From Camelus dromedarius (lineage: Eukaryota), in NCBI RefSeq assembly GCF_036321535.1, contig NC_087438.1, forward strand, positions 5,396,001 through 5,460,000: DNA of 64,000 nucleotides, in the 5' to 3' direction. Under the pieces are notes generated by a model that saw nothing but the letters and a program-made list of their open reading frames with translations, ran no database searches and was not told the origin of the DNA. The number at the start of each line of letters is the position of its first letter. Position 1 is the stretch's first letter. The position numbers and the translations under genes were made by a program. Positions 12,890 through 26,733 of the stretch are shown in pieces.

Positions 12890-15800
12890 CTGTTTACGCT
12901 GAACTTCCTATTTGCCTCGCCTTCAAAAATGACTGGTTCCACATTTCACCCCAGCTATGCTGAATTCTGGAAGATAAATTCCTGCCAAGTGGCAAATTTG
13001 TAAGAAAATCACTGGACACAGGTAATAGGCTCTCAGTTTCTTGTCCTCTTCAGAGAACTTGAGTCCCTGTCCTGGGCCTCAGCTTGGCCGGTTGTCCTCA
13101 GATAACCTTGCCTCCTGAAATTACGCGGACGCCAGAGCCAACTGTTAGCTTCCGCGGGACCCGTCAGTCTCAGTGCCACCGCGAATGGGCTCTTGGTTAA
13201 GCCTCTGCTTAACCCGCTTGCTCTTCACGGGGCTCCGTTCATCCCTCCAAGAGGATTCTCTCTCTGGGACCTTCTTGCCTTGTTTTAATTCTCTATGGAA
13301 GGTGACCAACGTGACTTCCGGGTGTTCGCCTTCCAGCCGGAGTATTAGTCAACAGCTGCTGAAAAGTCAGCAACCGCCCAACAAAGAGAAGGGAGAGAGA
13401 GAAAGAGGAGTCACGGGGGGGAGGAGGAGAAGTGCCCTGGCTGGGAAGGCACCGCCAAGAAACAGAGAGCTAACTCTGCGCACCCCAGACCAAGCTCTCC
13501 GCGGAAACGGGGCTCCTCTGAGGGGGCTTTCTGCACGGACACCCCCGGCCCTCCAGGGACCCAGGGACGCTCCAGCAACCTCGGCCCACCCGGGCCTGAC
13601 ATTTGGTGGGGAGAGTGGCTGCTCCCACTGAGAACACACCCTCCCACCTGCGGGCCAGCCTCGGCCCCCGCCACACACCGGGAGCGTTCAGAAGACGGAT
13701 GAACGTTCGCACCTGCTTCACAACCTCCAGGCAGTTGTCCAGCACTTGGGATTCGTACCCACAGCGATTGAAGAGAGGCTGGCCGGGGGAGCGCTCCCTC
13801 CTGGAGATCGTAAATCTGCGACAGGTCAATGTTGAAGCTGAGCTGGAGCCCAGTGCATCCCTAAGGGGATACTGGGCGTCACACGGCTCCGTGTGATTTA
13901 GTGCGGTGGGTGCGGCCACCGGACCGTCTCGGTGCGCTCCGAGCCCCCGGTGGACAGACAGCTTTTTACTGGTCCAGGGCGAGGGGTGCTGCAGGCCTGT
14001 GCTCACTCAGCTCAGAGCCAGAGGGCCTGCATCCGGGTCGGTTTTTTCCCTCCTGAGGGTGTAGCTCCCTCTCGCTCCAGTAGCCTCTCATGTCCATTTA
14101 CGTGCAAAAAAAAAGGGGTGAGATGCCAGGAGAAATAAAAAACGATGCTGAGGATATTAAAAGTGTCTCCTGAGCCTGTGGAACAGGGTCTTTTTATTAG
14201 AGAACGTTACACTCCCACCAGGCTTTCTGTGCCCAAAATACAGCCTAGAAAGCCCCTCGCCACCCTGCCAGGCCCCCCCGGACTTGGAGGAATGATCACT
14301 GGTGATTAGCGGGGAGGTGGCTCCCGCCTCCCCGCGTCACGGTAACTCTGTGGTCAGAGCTACCAGTTCCAATGGCTCCAAAATGCCAAGGGCCGTGCTC
14401 CGCACCCACCTCACTGCAGAATTAACCTCCAGATACTGTGAGTGCTCCGCCTGGAAGGCCAGGAGGCAACTGCCTGTAGACGTCTCTAGCTCTGATTGCC
14501 GCCTAAGAGCTCTAACCTCGAGAACGTGTTTGTCTTCCGAGTTTCTTGACTCTCCATGTTTTTTCAGCTCTTACCTAAGGTTCCCGAGCCATCTGTCCTC
14601 CCCCGGGACCTGCGCCCAGCCAGAGAAGGGCAGGACGTGAGCACCTGGCATCTGTGTCCCCCGTTTCCTTCCTGCTCAGAAAGACCCACGCTTGGGCCCC
14701 CTTGCTAGGGGCTAGCCGCTGGGTCACACTGCGGAAGACGTAGATTTTTCTAGCTCTTTCCCCGAGCCTGCCCTTGAGATCCTCACAGCGCACACTTCAG
14801 CCTTCCTTCCGGGGGCCCCGGGATGCTGTCCTGTGTTCTGGTAAGCCCAGCCCTGCTCTGACTTGGATGTGCTTGGGCCTCTGCCCCGTGACAGTGTCTG
14901 TCCTCCAGGCCTCTCTCAGCCTCCGAGGGGCTGGCTCACCGCTGCTGCTGCTATCCCACCACTGCCTGGCCCCCGAGAGTGTCCACACCAAAACCAAAAT
15001 CGTGGCGTAGCCTGCCCAGCGCATGTGTGTCACCCGCATGTCCAAGGTGGCCGGGCCCCACGGGTGCCATGTCTGTTTCCTCTGTTGAAGTGGGAGGAAG
15101 TCTCTCCCCTCTCTACTTTTTCACATGCTTCCAAAGCATTACCAGGATTTCTGGGAAACAGCTCCGTCCTTCTCTGCTCAAGACCCAGACACCTCCTGGA
15201 AGGCCTGGAAAGGAACCACGTTCCCGCAGGTGGACCCTCTCCTCCGAAGCTGAGGTCTTATTCGTAGCCGAGTCTGTACACCGCGTGTGTTCTCTGCTTA
15301 GATGATGTCTTTTTTGGGAGGTTCCTGTGACACGCAGACAGACAGACCCCAGGCAGGCCTGCTCTTGGTCCCCAGACGTGGTCTCCCAAGGAGAACACAG
15401 CGTATGCCCAAGCTGAAGGCAGTGAAAGGGTGGGGACCACCCATCCCCCCGCCCCCGGGAGAGGAGCCGCCCCCCAGCAAGGCTCACTGCCCACCGACCC
15501 AGCGGGACCGGGACGTCACGCAGCAGCGCGGTCCTTGCCTCGTGGCGCAGCGGCAGGGGATCAGGAGTCTCGTCACACTGACAGGCTGCATGGGAGGGAC
15601 TCTGCTTTCGGCGTCCCAGCATCCTGAGTCAGTCCAGTGAGATGAGGGAACTTTCCAGACCTGACACAGCATCCCGCCCACACTAAGGCTGATGCGAAGT
15701 CCCAGCATTCTTCCAGTTTTAGCTCATTTCATTCAAGTACGTTAAGCCCGAAACACGTGGCCGTGTGCAGAGTTGATGGTGCTGTCTCTCGTGTGTTTCA

Positions 15801-16315
15801 TCTGTATTAAAATCCATTATGAATATTTATTATTTCACGAAATGATGTTCATAACAATTTGTGAGCATCATCCAAAACCCTACCGCTTTAACATAGTTTG
15901 ATTTACTCTTTTTATTCCAGGTCTCTTATGTGTAAGTGCATCATCTTCACGTGGTTAAAATCATAGCTTGGTGGACCCTGGCTTAGTTCTTTTGGGGGGT
16001 GAAATAATTCGATACAATTTCAGCATCAGATCCGGGACATTGATCATGATAGCATCGTAGTTCACTTGGCCTGGAGATGACTGGGGGGTTGGCTGCTCCC
16101 AGCCTTTCTCTTTCACAGCACTGAGTTAAACATCGCCTCAGAAAGCTTTCCTTCTCCTCGACTGTTACCTCTTCTCCTAATTTCTCAGGAGTAGAATGAA
16201 CGGGTCAGAGAACGCGAACACTTCGGGGCTCCTTGTCCTTGTGGTCAGACGACCTTGGGAAGGGTCGTGACCACACCGGCACTGAGCACGTCTTCGTTTG
16301 TCCCTGCGCCTCTAG

Positions 16316-16468
16316 GTCACCGAGGAGACCAGCCTCGTCCTGCAGACCCTGGGGTACACGTGCACGTGCCGAGGAATCATCAACGTGAAAGGAAAGGGGG
16401 AGCTGAAGACGTACTTTGTGAACACAGAGATGTCAAGGTCCCTTTCCCAGAGCAACCTGGCATCCTGA
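16316..16468 (+). CDS. ADCY2: Adenylate cyclase 2, last coding exon to stop
   Basis: tctag|GTC. Encodes VTEETSLVLQTLGYTCTCRGIINVKGKGELKTYFVNTEMSRSLSQSNLAS* with the VKGKG motif. TGA at 16466-16468. Confidence 0.97.
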   Translation, partial: VTEETSLVLQTLGYTCTCRGIINVKGKGELKTYFVNTEMSRSLSQSNLAS

Positions 16469-17472
16469 AGCGTCGCCTTCACTTTGGCAAGAAGACTGTA
16501 TTTTCAGGAAGCTACAATGCACTTTCTGACTGCGAGTCTGTCCCTCGTTTGTGATGTGCGTGCTCTGTTCTGTCCTCTGGAGCCTTTGCAGACTCCTCCC
16601 TGTCACCCGGTGGCGTACCGTTCGGTGTCTGATGTGTGCCAAGGTCTCTCTGCCACTTGCACTGTGCTTATTCCTAAGCAAGAGGGAAAGGAGTGTGCTT
16701 TCGGGGAGAAAAGCATTCAGAGAACTGAGACGAGAGGTGAAGCAAACACAAATTCTTAAGGCAATAAAACTAGGGGGTGTATATTATCTTCCGGTGCATG
16801 TTCTTTTCTGGAAAATACGGTAGCTCGCCAACTGCATCTGCTAGTCTGATACTGAAACACACAGTATTTGTGAATAAGTTGATTCTGTCGCCCCACCTGG
16901 AATCCGTGTTCAGCCACGTGTCTCACTGCAGGGGCTGTCCACGGGCCCCGCTGGGATCCGTGGCCCCGTCTCCTTGCCCTGTCCTGTCTCCTGCCAACAG
17001 CACGTCGCCATCCATCACCAGAATTAGTTCTTACAACCTAGGACTAGTTTTGTACCAAACGTGTCTGATGTTTTGATGCCATTGTCTTTTGTAAGGTTAA
17101 TTCATTAAAAGTTTTATGTACTTTGCTGGATAGTCTGTATCTCCCCCCACCCCCGCCCCGTTCTGCTTTCTCCTGCAGTTTGCTCCAGAATTGAGTCGGT
17201 TTTCTGTTTACTCTTCTGTGTGGCCATTTCTCGCAGAAGGACCCCTCCAGAAGCAAAGACTGAGAAATCCTTGAGTAATTCAGATCAGGACGAAGTTTGT
17301 GATGCCGGTAACTGATCAGGCAGCTCCCTGGAAAGAAAGACGGCGTGTTTCAACGTGTCACGTGGTCTGTTTTCATTTCGGCGTCTCTAGGGAACATTTT
17401 CAGGGGAGAATATATTAATATAAAGAGATTCTCCACTAGCAACAGCACTCTCTCTGCCCACGTAGTCTGGTC

Positions 17473-18073
17473 TATTGCGGTGATTAGATTCTTGTCTCAT
17501 CGCAGAAAGAATTCAGAGGTGAAACACGGAGGTTAAGAAAGTAAAGTGAGGATTTATTAAGGGATGGACAGTACACTCTCAAGGCGCGAGCGGGCAGGCG
17601 CAGGTGAGCAGCTGCGCTGGGTTTCTTTGGCAAGTTGGTTACATAGGGTGTGAAAATGAATGGGTGGAATATTCACTGGGGAAGGGAGGGGATTGGGGTC
17701 GTCTTCCATGATTTTCATCCCAACTCCAGCTTCCCCAGGGAAGAGAGAGTTTTGTCCTTACTTAGTCTGGATGGGAAGCGTCCTGGCGTCGGTGCACGAT
17801 GGGTGCTTCTGACCTGCAAGGCTAAGCTTACTGAAGTGAGGGCACAACGAGCAAGAGGTCACATTCAGACACCAGAGATCCCTGCCCTTTCCCACCTTCG
17901 TCTGCCTCCAGGGCACTTGTCACCCCAAAATGTGTGATTTCTTATCAGCCCAGAGGTTCCTGCTTTGCTCTGTCTGCCCAGGGACCCCTGTTGTATACAT
18001 GACGGATGGTTTCCTACATCTGGCCTGTGCCCCCCTTTCTCTGCTCACGCCTAGCTCTCTGCCTGCTCTAACA
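17473..18073 (-). mobile_element. Solo ERV LTR (~600 bp) with GGTC target-site duplication
   Basis: GGTC at 17469-17472 and 18074-18077. Minus strand starts TGTTAG and carries an AATAAA (TTTATT ~17553). A second partial copy lies at 30984. Confidence 0.75.
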
Positions 18074-19094
18074 GGTCTACTGTATACTTCGGTAGAGCTG
18101 GGGAACCAGGGGTAATTTGGAACTGAGTGTACATCAGCCGCCACGATAGGGTGAACTAATGAGAGAAGCTGCCAAAGGCCCACGAGCGGCCTGCTGTGTC
18201 TGAGGATAGGAAGGCACAGAGCCAGTCTGTGCATTTTTGAAAAGAGAAAACCTGGAAAATGGTGTTCTTATAAATCCAGCACTGCAGGTTTGGTTTCTTT
18301 CTTCACATAAAGAAATCATACTTTGCTGAAGGCTGTAAACTAGAGCAGTCATGCATAAGCAGATGTTGAGAAGCAAGACTGCAAATGCCAGCCTGGTTGG
18401 GCAAACCGTCGCACAGGGCAGGCGTCCGTGAGTGGCAGAGGAGCCCACTGACCCCTTAGGGAGCAGCTGCAAACTTGAACTTGAGGTGGGATTCCTGACT
18501 CCAGTGTTTTACCAGCTGTGAGACTTTGAGCACATTTTTCAGTTTCTCTTAGGAGTGTTTTCCTCATGGGTAGCTCACGGCATCAGGTCTGATTAAAAGA
18601 GCTGATGACTGTGAGACAGCCTGGCAGGTCCCCAGGGCTAGCTCCTGCCAGCGCATCGCGGGACCAACCCGGCCACCCCGCCAGCACTTTGGCTCATGCT
18701 CGGTCCGAAGTGCTTTATCCAAACTAACAATCAGCCTTCATTACCAAAGTGAGAATCCAGCGTGGCTTGTCCAATTCTCTGCCTCAGTTAGGAATTTCTG
18801 GATCTTATAATTGCAACTCAGCATTGGCTTTAACACATCTTAATTCTCTAAAAAGGTGACTGAGAGAAGAAAAACAGTGTAAGGATATTTCTTTTCACTG
18901 GAACCAAAATCTGGACTAGGATACCCTGAGTTTCAGTGACTTCAGTCTGCGCCATGTGGTTCTTCCTTCTTAGAGCCTACAGCACCCACCCCAGGGCTCT
19001 TTATCGGCACCCGCCCTTACAGGTAGACACCCGCAGATGGGTGATTCGCCAAGCGAATAATTCAGAGTCCACCTCGCAAAGGTCTGTGCGTACC

Positions 19095-19297
19095 CAGGTC
19101 TCTCAAAGTGAGGACCCTGACTGGCAGCAGCAGCGTCACCAGGAAGCTTGTTAGAAATGAGCACTTTCAGGTGTGGTCAAACCCAGACCTGCCAAGTTGG
19201 GAATCCTGGTGGGGGCAGGGGCCCAGCACGCTGGCTGTGCTTTGCAGCACGAGTTCCTCAGGTGCTTGTAATTGCAGATCGAGCCTGAGACCCCCTG
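19095..19297 (+). mobile_element. MER5A-like DNA transposon relic
   Basis: tctcaaagtg ... cagcagcagcgtcacc ... gcttgttagaaatg ... ggggcccagca. Confidence 0.6.
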
Positions 19298-21131
19298 CAT
19301 TTTGCAAAAAAAGAAACAGGTGCAGGGAAGTCCAGGTTTCCCAGTTGATCAGTGACCGAGATGAGACTAGAGAACTGCCTGTTCCCTGAAATCTGGAAGT
19401 GTGACTCCTGGTTAAGGCTTCCCAAGTTTTGGCAAATACAGACATTCCTATAAGCAAGTCATGCAAATGTGAGGACTCGCCTATCCCGTCCATCAGCCCA
19501 TTGTGCCGGGATGACACTGATAACAGGTAAGGATCTCTCCTCAAAACCTTCCTGAACCTCTGAGTCTTGCAGGAAGCATCCCCTCATAAAAAACGCGGCG
19601 AGTCCACTTCCTTTAACACTGCAGTTTAGAAAAGTCTGGGTTGTCAGGAACCTTCCGTGTTGTTCTTTTTCCCAGTTTAGTGAGCCTTCCCAAAGGCAAC
19701 ACTCTGCTTACAAAACAAAAAACAAAAAAAAACCACTGGCTGGTGGTGGAAATGTGAGAAATTAATGTGATAAATTAAAACAAATTATTTTAATATGTTT
19801 CTCTTTGATATGATGCCTAACAGGCATTCAGCAATTTGGCTTTAACTCTCTTTAACATCTCATTTTCCCTTGCTGCCTAACAACTGTGAGAGCTTTGGAA
19901 ACCTTGCCCAATTCAAGCCCTGCTTTTTAAAAGTAGTAGATGGTTAAGGGAGAAGGATCGGACTTAAAGTAACTGAAAATAAGTTAGTCTGACATCAGTT
20001 TATTGCAGCTACTTTCACATGAAGGCGTTTCTTAAAGACGCTTTGTCTTTCTTGGTAATCTAGAGCGAAGAAAGCAGTTTATAAAAATTTGCATAACCCA
20101 AACTTTATATATTTTCTATGATGTTATTATAGATATGGTTTAATGCACCTGAAGGCATTCCAAATAAACTGTTATTTGTTTGAAAAAAAATAAAACAAGA
20201 TCTCTACAGTGAAAAAAAATTTTTTTAAGTATAAAAAAACATTTAGGAGTCACTCAGCCTTGAAAGTGCCAGGAACTCGGTGTCCTAATTGCTTAGCGAA
20301 TCAAAACAATAAAACGACCAATGGAGGAATCTGCATTGAAATTAATTAGGTCACCTGCTCATTAACCTCTGAGCTATGGGAAATTTAATCATGACAGATG
20401 AGGGATAATTGCTTCCTAGAGATCCATTCATTAAAAAATATAACCAATATCTTAATACTTGAAAAAGTTTCAGATCATCTGCAAAGTAAACATTTCCAAC
20501 TTTGGTTGAAAGCAGCAGCTGCTTCCTAAAAGAAAACTGTTCAAAGTAATGGTCACAACCCCTACTGTGCCTGCTCCGACCACACCCCAGGGGCGCCCTG
20601 ATTCCCACACGGACTCTTGAAGGTTTGGAACGCCCGCGTTAAGTAAGACGAGGAAATGTGGGCTCAAGCTGGTGAAACCGTCTCCCTCTACCACGCGGCT
20701 AGAAAATGCAGGAGCCAGACTGTGACCCAAGTGTGTTCAGCACCAAAGCCTACTCTCTTCCCATGACTGCTTCTCCACTGACAGAAGTGACAGTGGCATT
20801 GCTGGCCACCGAGGCCACCCGTCCTGCTAGGGCTCTTGTCCTCAGTTGTGCAGAACTGTTACCCGTGGCTCAGACCCCCGGCAGGGGAGGAGGGGTGAGG
20901 GGTGTTGTGGTGTCTAGAGCTCTGCTTTGCCAAAGGCACTTCCGTCATCTCTCCTCTTGAGTATTGTCTGTGTGATCAGACGGTGCCTGATGTACCTAGG
21001 GGTACATAACCCTTAAGGGAAAACTGCACACCTTTCCCATGAGAGCCTCTGCCAAGAAGACGCACGAACAAAGTGGAGAGGAGTGAACAAAAATCACCCC
21101 AACCACTATCAAGGGGGAACAAAGGTTTCAT

Positions 21132-21137
21132 TTTATT
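21132..21137 (-). terminator. CFAP90: CFAP90 poly(A) signal AATAAA
   Basis: TTTATT on the plus strand ~270 nt past the CFAP90 stop codon. Confidence 0.7.
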
Positions 21138-21409
21138 CAGATGCTCACAGTGGGTCAGTCTCCAGCATCATTTCATCTGAAATCTTTTCACAGGAAAACC
21201 GTCATCCTAGACGTTCATCCTAAGTATGGCAGGGCTTTGGGCAGGTTCGTCGCCAAGGAAACGGGAGGGAACGTGGTACTGCGCAGTCCCTGCCGCCGCC
21301 GTGGCGCATCAGGGGCGCCGGGCAGGCTCCGGGAGGTCCAGGAAGGCGCCGCCTCGCCCCTCCGGTGCCACCTCTCATGTCCGCGCGCCCTTCAGGCCAC
21401 GGGATGGTG

Positions 21410-21589
21410 TCAGGCTGGAGAAATGTGCCCGAAGCCGGGAGCCTTGATGCTGGGGATGTCATTCTTCCTGTAGAAGTCGGCCTTCACGTGGCTGGCGCGG
21501 CGGTGGTCCCGGTTCAGAGGCTCCACGGGCTGGTGGATGCGCTTCCCGTAGTCGGAAGACGTCAGCACCCCCACCGGCCTCTCGCGCTC
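21410..21589 (-). CDS. CFAP90: CFAP90/C5orf49 exon 3 (last coding exon)
   Basis: Minus-strand acceptor cccggacag|GAG. Encodes [59 protein letters not shown]. Stop at 21410-21412. Confidence 0.93.
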   Translation of the reverse strand, partial: ERERPVGVLTSSDYGKRIHQPVEPLNRDHRRASHVKADFYRKNDIPSIKAPGFGHISPA

Positions 21590-23095
21590 CTGTCCGGGGG
21601 GAGCAGGGCACGCGGGTCAGGCTCACCTGCCCACGGGCGTTCCTGTGCGCCTGCGCCCTGCCTCTGCTCCGGGGCGCTCCATTCTGACCCCAGGGGACCT
21701 CTGCAGCCTCCTCCCACCCGCTCCCCTCTGCTCAGAGCCCTCCAGTGACCTCCCGTTGATCAGAGGAAAGGCTGAGATCTTGCACGGGGGCGCCAGGTAC
21801 CCACTGACTTCAGGGTCATGTTCCTCCTCCCTCTCCTCCCTTCTCCCTGCACTTTGCCTGCCTGTCTTGTCCCACCTTCTTCCTTTTCCCAAATACACAT
21901 CTCCCCAGCCCCCCACACCCCTTTCACCATTTCCCATCCTCTTAAAGGGCTGTAATTCTCCGCATACCGCTTTTCACTACCTGGCATTTGGTTCATTATT
22001 TATTTGGCTTTTCTTTCTCTGTCTCCTCGTGGGAATGTCAGCTCTAGGAGCACAGACACTGTCTCACTCCCTTTACACTCCCTGGCACATGGGAGGTGCT
22101 CAAAAACTGTGACTGGACAGAAGGAATGCCAGGCATGCGCTTATAAGGCAAAAGCACTGACTTCGCTACCAACTGGGAATGAATGAGCATAAACCAGAAC
22201 AACAGAAAAAACTGTTAATGGCTGTGACTTAAGTGGTGACCCCTCCTCGTGCCTCCACCACTTGCTTTCACATCAAGGTGAAAAGTGTCACTGGAAGTGA
22301 CATGACGGCATTTTTAAACACTGAGCCACAGGCAAAACTCCTCTGAGCCAGAAAGAAATCCCAGCAGAAGCTTTTTCATTCTGATTTCGGTGTCTTGTAT
22401 AAAGATGTAATTCAGCACCCGAATTTTAATAAACATACTGTCCTCGGATCAGATTTTACGGAGACGATGTCCTAGTGTATAAAGGCAGCAGGCAGGGCTA
22501 ACCCAGCGGGCAGACGGACCTGACCGCCCCAAGGGGATGCCAACCTCCGTCCCTCCAGCCCCCACCTGTGTGCCTGCTGTGAGCCTCACCTCCTCACCCT
22601 GTGAGTTTGGTTCCTTCCGTGGGTCACCACTCGCCCTGTGCAGCCGCCTACAAGCAGTGCCCTTCCTTCCAGAGGACCTGCACATAGGTGGTGGGTACAG
22701 GGACCTGGGAACTCGACTTGGGAGATAAACGCTGGCGTGCGTGGTTTCATCCCTGGAAGGCCAGTGTCCCTAGAACCATGATCGCCAGGTCTCAGAGGGT
22801 AAGCAAAGACCTGTTTTATCTGCTGAAAAGAACTTCTGAGTTTTTTGCTCTCATGAAATTGCTAAATTCTCTAGGATGAAACCACAAAGTCACAAACATT
22901 AAAACCCAGTAACGTGGCGGGAGGGAGGGAGCTGTAGCAGCGCCTTAGTCTCCCTTCCCGGCAGCACAGGAGAGAGGAGAGCCTCGCAGGGGAGGCATGT
23001 GCAGCCAACGGAGGCACGTGCAGCCAACCGGACGCGACAATAAATAACCACACACAGCTAAGCCCCTAACATCCCTCGCTCCGTCTTCACGTTAC

Positions 23096-23212
23096 CTCCT
23101 CATTTACGTGAAGTCCCAGGCTTTTTGCGTGTTCTCTGTCATCTCGGTGCAATTTCTGATTATAACCTGGGTTCCTCTTAAAAATACAGTCATAGAGGGA
23201 AATGATTCCAGC
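23096..23212 (-). CDS. CFAP90: CFAP90/C5orf49 exon 2
   Basis: Acceptor ttattcccag|GCT, donor GAG|gtaac. 117 nt encoding [39 protein letters not shown]. Confidence 0.93.
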
Positions 23213-26200
23213 CTGGGAATAAGAAGAGAAAGAAAGCCATGCGTTTATTCAGGGGCTGAGCCACGGAGACTTCATGGGGCTTGAAAGCCCTAACTCTCCC
23301 TGATGGGGAGCGGAGGGACCCGGGGTTCCCGGCTGCGCGGAGTGTGCACGGGCAGGTCACCCCGCGGGCAGACGCAGAGCGGGGAGGCCAGGCCCCAGCT
23401 TACTCAGCGGCGCCCACGGGGTGGGGGCGTGCCCACGGCACTTCTCCTCCACTTGTTACAGCCCCTCCTTCACGACTGGGCCCTCGCACTCCCCTGAACT
23501 CCATCCCAGGGCTCAGACCTGAAAATAATCATCATCCCTTCGACAGGTGTGCCTTCGCCCTCATTTCTCCTTTTCTTGAATTTTCTCAGAATTTCCTACA
23601 TTAAGCGTGTCCTGCTCTGAAAAACTAACACTACCTGCAGACTGGGACAACGCAACCAGATGTTCTTCCTCTCTAGAGAGACGGAAATGTTTCCTTTGCT
23701 CAGTTATAACAAGTGTAATTCATACATGTAAAGCATGTCTGTGCTATGTGTGTACACACATACACGCGCGTGTGATATACACACAGGTATAAGGTACACA
23801 CGCACTGACGCAGCAGCAGATGACCCCGCTCACAGGGCTGCCATCTGGAACACCTCCATTTTCTCACCGCCACACTTCCTTACCACAGACATAAAGCGGC
23901 CTTACTCACTGTCGAGTCAAAGGAAGAGCAGTCCCTGCGTCCGCTGATCTTTCGTCCTCCCCTTGGAAGTCAGGCCTGTTTACGTTCCTCCAGCGGCAAA
24001 GGCAGACGTGCCCTCCCACTGGGATTTGGGGTCTCGAGGCCTCTAACCTGTGCTTGCTTGGTTTTCTCCCCCAGAGTAATAACAGTAATGCCAGAATGAG
24101 CCCCTCCAACCGCAGGCTGTGGAGGGCGAAGGTAAACGTGGAAAGGACGCAGGACCGGCGCATAGTCTGTTGGAAAACACACCCTCCCCTCGTCAGTGCG
24201 GAAACTCAGAGCTGCAGGCGGCAGGGGGTGGCTGGCAGGTGACGCAGCCTCAGCCCGGACTTGGGAGATCACTCCCAGGTCATCTGTCCTGTGCAAGTCG
24301 CGCTGCTCCTGCTCAGAAGGTCTCAGGATAACTCAGACATGGCTGCTGTCCCGGTGACATTAACCATCTAGTCAGGGAAACAAGGCAGCTTTCAGAAACA
24401 TTACTTGCAGGTTTCTAAGCAGTCCGGGGCACCAGGCTCAAGGCACTTTACTCAGTGATGCTGGAATCCTGGTTTGCCTACGTTCCGAGTCACTCCAAGC
24501 GGCTTGGAGGCAGGAGCTGTGGCTTCCGAATCTGTGTCCCTTGGCCATTTAATGAGTCACCTTGCAGGAGCTGCTTCTTGGCATCTCTTCTCTCCCAACC
24601 ACTGAGCTCCTAGGTCTGTGCACACGTTGGCTTGGCCAGCGCTGACCTCTGCCCCTCCAGGAGGCAGCCTGCAGCATAGCCCATGTACTCATAGGGTTAA
24701 AAAGCAAAGGCCCAAGTAAATGGAGAGGTGGTACATTATTCTGCTTTTGGAATCGTGAACATTGGCTAGCGGGGGGGCGGGGGGATAAAAAAAAACAGTT
24801 GTGTCTTCACATCATACCATGGACAAAAGTAAATTCTGGATGGATGGATTAGAAAAACTGAAAACCCATAAGGGACGCCCTAAACATAAAACTAACGGAG
24901 GAAACACCATAAAGAGAGTATGTAAAACGCAGCCCTTTGCTTATCAAATAAAGTTCAAACTTCGAAAAAACTTTAGGAAATGATCGAGAAATCTCTGTAT
25001 CTTTAACATACAGTGTGCAGGGCAACGACAGAAGCAGGAGCTGGGGGGGACTGGCTGGGTGCTTGCATCTAGCAGAGACAGATTAAGCAAACCTTGCAGG
25101 AAGGCTGCGTCAGCCCAGGCCAGCGGGCCCTGCCAAGACACAACAGGAGCTCAAGGACGCCAGCCACCCTGCCAGGGCTGTGGGAGACATTCTTCAAAGG
25201 CGCATGCCTGCCTCCTGCAAGGGAGGTGCCCCAGTTCACACCTTCCCTTTGGGGTTCAGAGCCCCTGGCCACGCCCGGCCGAGGCCCGCAGGCAGACACG
25301 AAGAGTACCTTGATAGCCCCTCACCCCCACACCATCCCCACGTACACAGTAACTTAAGCTGGACTTTTGGTTGTCATCTAGACGTCACACTGGCATCCCC
25401 GCGGGCCGGGCTGCCCTGTGAAATGGGTGTGTTTCGGGGGAACAGGTGTAGTGGCAACAGAAGGACCTGGTTCCCTGGGACTGAGCACCTGGCTGGGAGC
25501 TGCCCTTGGGGCCAGCGGTACCCTCTCCTGCACCCTGAGAACCTCGGGCCAGAGAGGAGGGGAAATGCAGCCAGAGAGGTGGTGGAGGCGCCAGAAGGGG
25601 GCAGCACTGAGAGCCGGGGAAACGGGTCCTCCGGGAACTGCCTGGCTGGTGCTGCCTTCCTGTGCAGGTGTCCCATTCGTGCCTGGCCCTTCCGGACTGA
25701 GTAAGCCCCCTGGGATCCTTGGGCTTGTCTGGGGAGAAAAGACTAACGAGGGAGGAATGGACTCGAGAACAGAACGCGGACGCAACCACTGCTATCTGAG
25801 CGAGAAAGGAAGTCTTGCTTCGTTTTGCTCCCAGTGCTGGAGAAACCCACGGCGATGTGGAGCTTTACAGAATAATGTGGGGATTTTGCATATTCAGAAA
25901 TTTTCAGAGGAAAAATGAATTTTTCTATCACTGAAAAACAAAAAAAAGAAAAAGAAAAACCCATCACCAGGCAGGCAGCCTCCCTTAGTAACGTGACCGT
26001 CCATTTCCAATACCTAATCAAGCCGAAAATCTGTTTTTTCCCCTGGATTTTAATGATTAATTTTCCTTCTTTCTTGCTTTTTTATTCCTTTGCGGTTTGA
26101 AGCAAAGTGATATTAATAAAAGTCAATCTGGATGTGGAGGCTACCGCGACACAGGGCTTCCGGATTTGCTGGTATTTCGTTATTAAAATCTCTCAAGGGA

Positions 26201-26733
26201 TCATGCTGTTTCCCAGGTGTCGCTGTTTTTTTAAAAAAACAAAGCAAATAAGAGCCCCTTTATTTTTCCCTTGTGATCCTCCTTTATCCCCTATGTGTTG
26301 TTACAATGTGATATGTCTCATTCTGGTTGTGGCCCGGTCTGATCACCTACCATCAGTTTCCCCGGGGGCAGCCTCCACTCCTAACACTGAAAAATCCCTC
26401 CAGTCTGCAGCCGTGGGCTGACATGGCGTGAGGCCCTCCGTTTTCAGCCTCCAAAGCATGTTGGGTATACGAGCCACTCTTTTAGGCTCTGGGACAGAAA
26501 TAGGGAGCCCATACCTTATGGGGACCACTTAAAGGCTGAGAGTGGAAATAAACCCACTGAGTAAAACATTTCAACATAATGCCCAGGGAGTAACAGGTGT
26601 GCACAAAGCACAGTGGCACCAAGGGAGGGAGGTCAGCTCCTGGCTAGGCTGGGGTAGGAAGTGGACGTGACCCATGTGCCCAGGAGGGACCACACCAGTG
26701 AAACCAGAGGCCCCAGGGAAGATGCTCCCTGCG

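Larger units (their letters stand above)
16469..20190 (+). other. ADCY2: ADCY2 3'UTR with candidate alternative poly(A) signals (AATAAA 16763, ATTAAA 17104, AATAAA 20163)
   Basis: Follows the stop codon. The hexamers are seen directly; the one at 20163 lies in an AT-rich block and is followed by GT-rich sequence. Which site is used is inferred. Confidence 0.55.

Noticed and set aside
16356..16367. Tandem E-box palindrome CACGTGCACGTG
   Set aside because: Falls within ADCY2 coding sequence (YTCTC) and is explained by codon choice.
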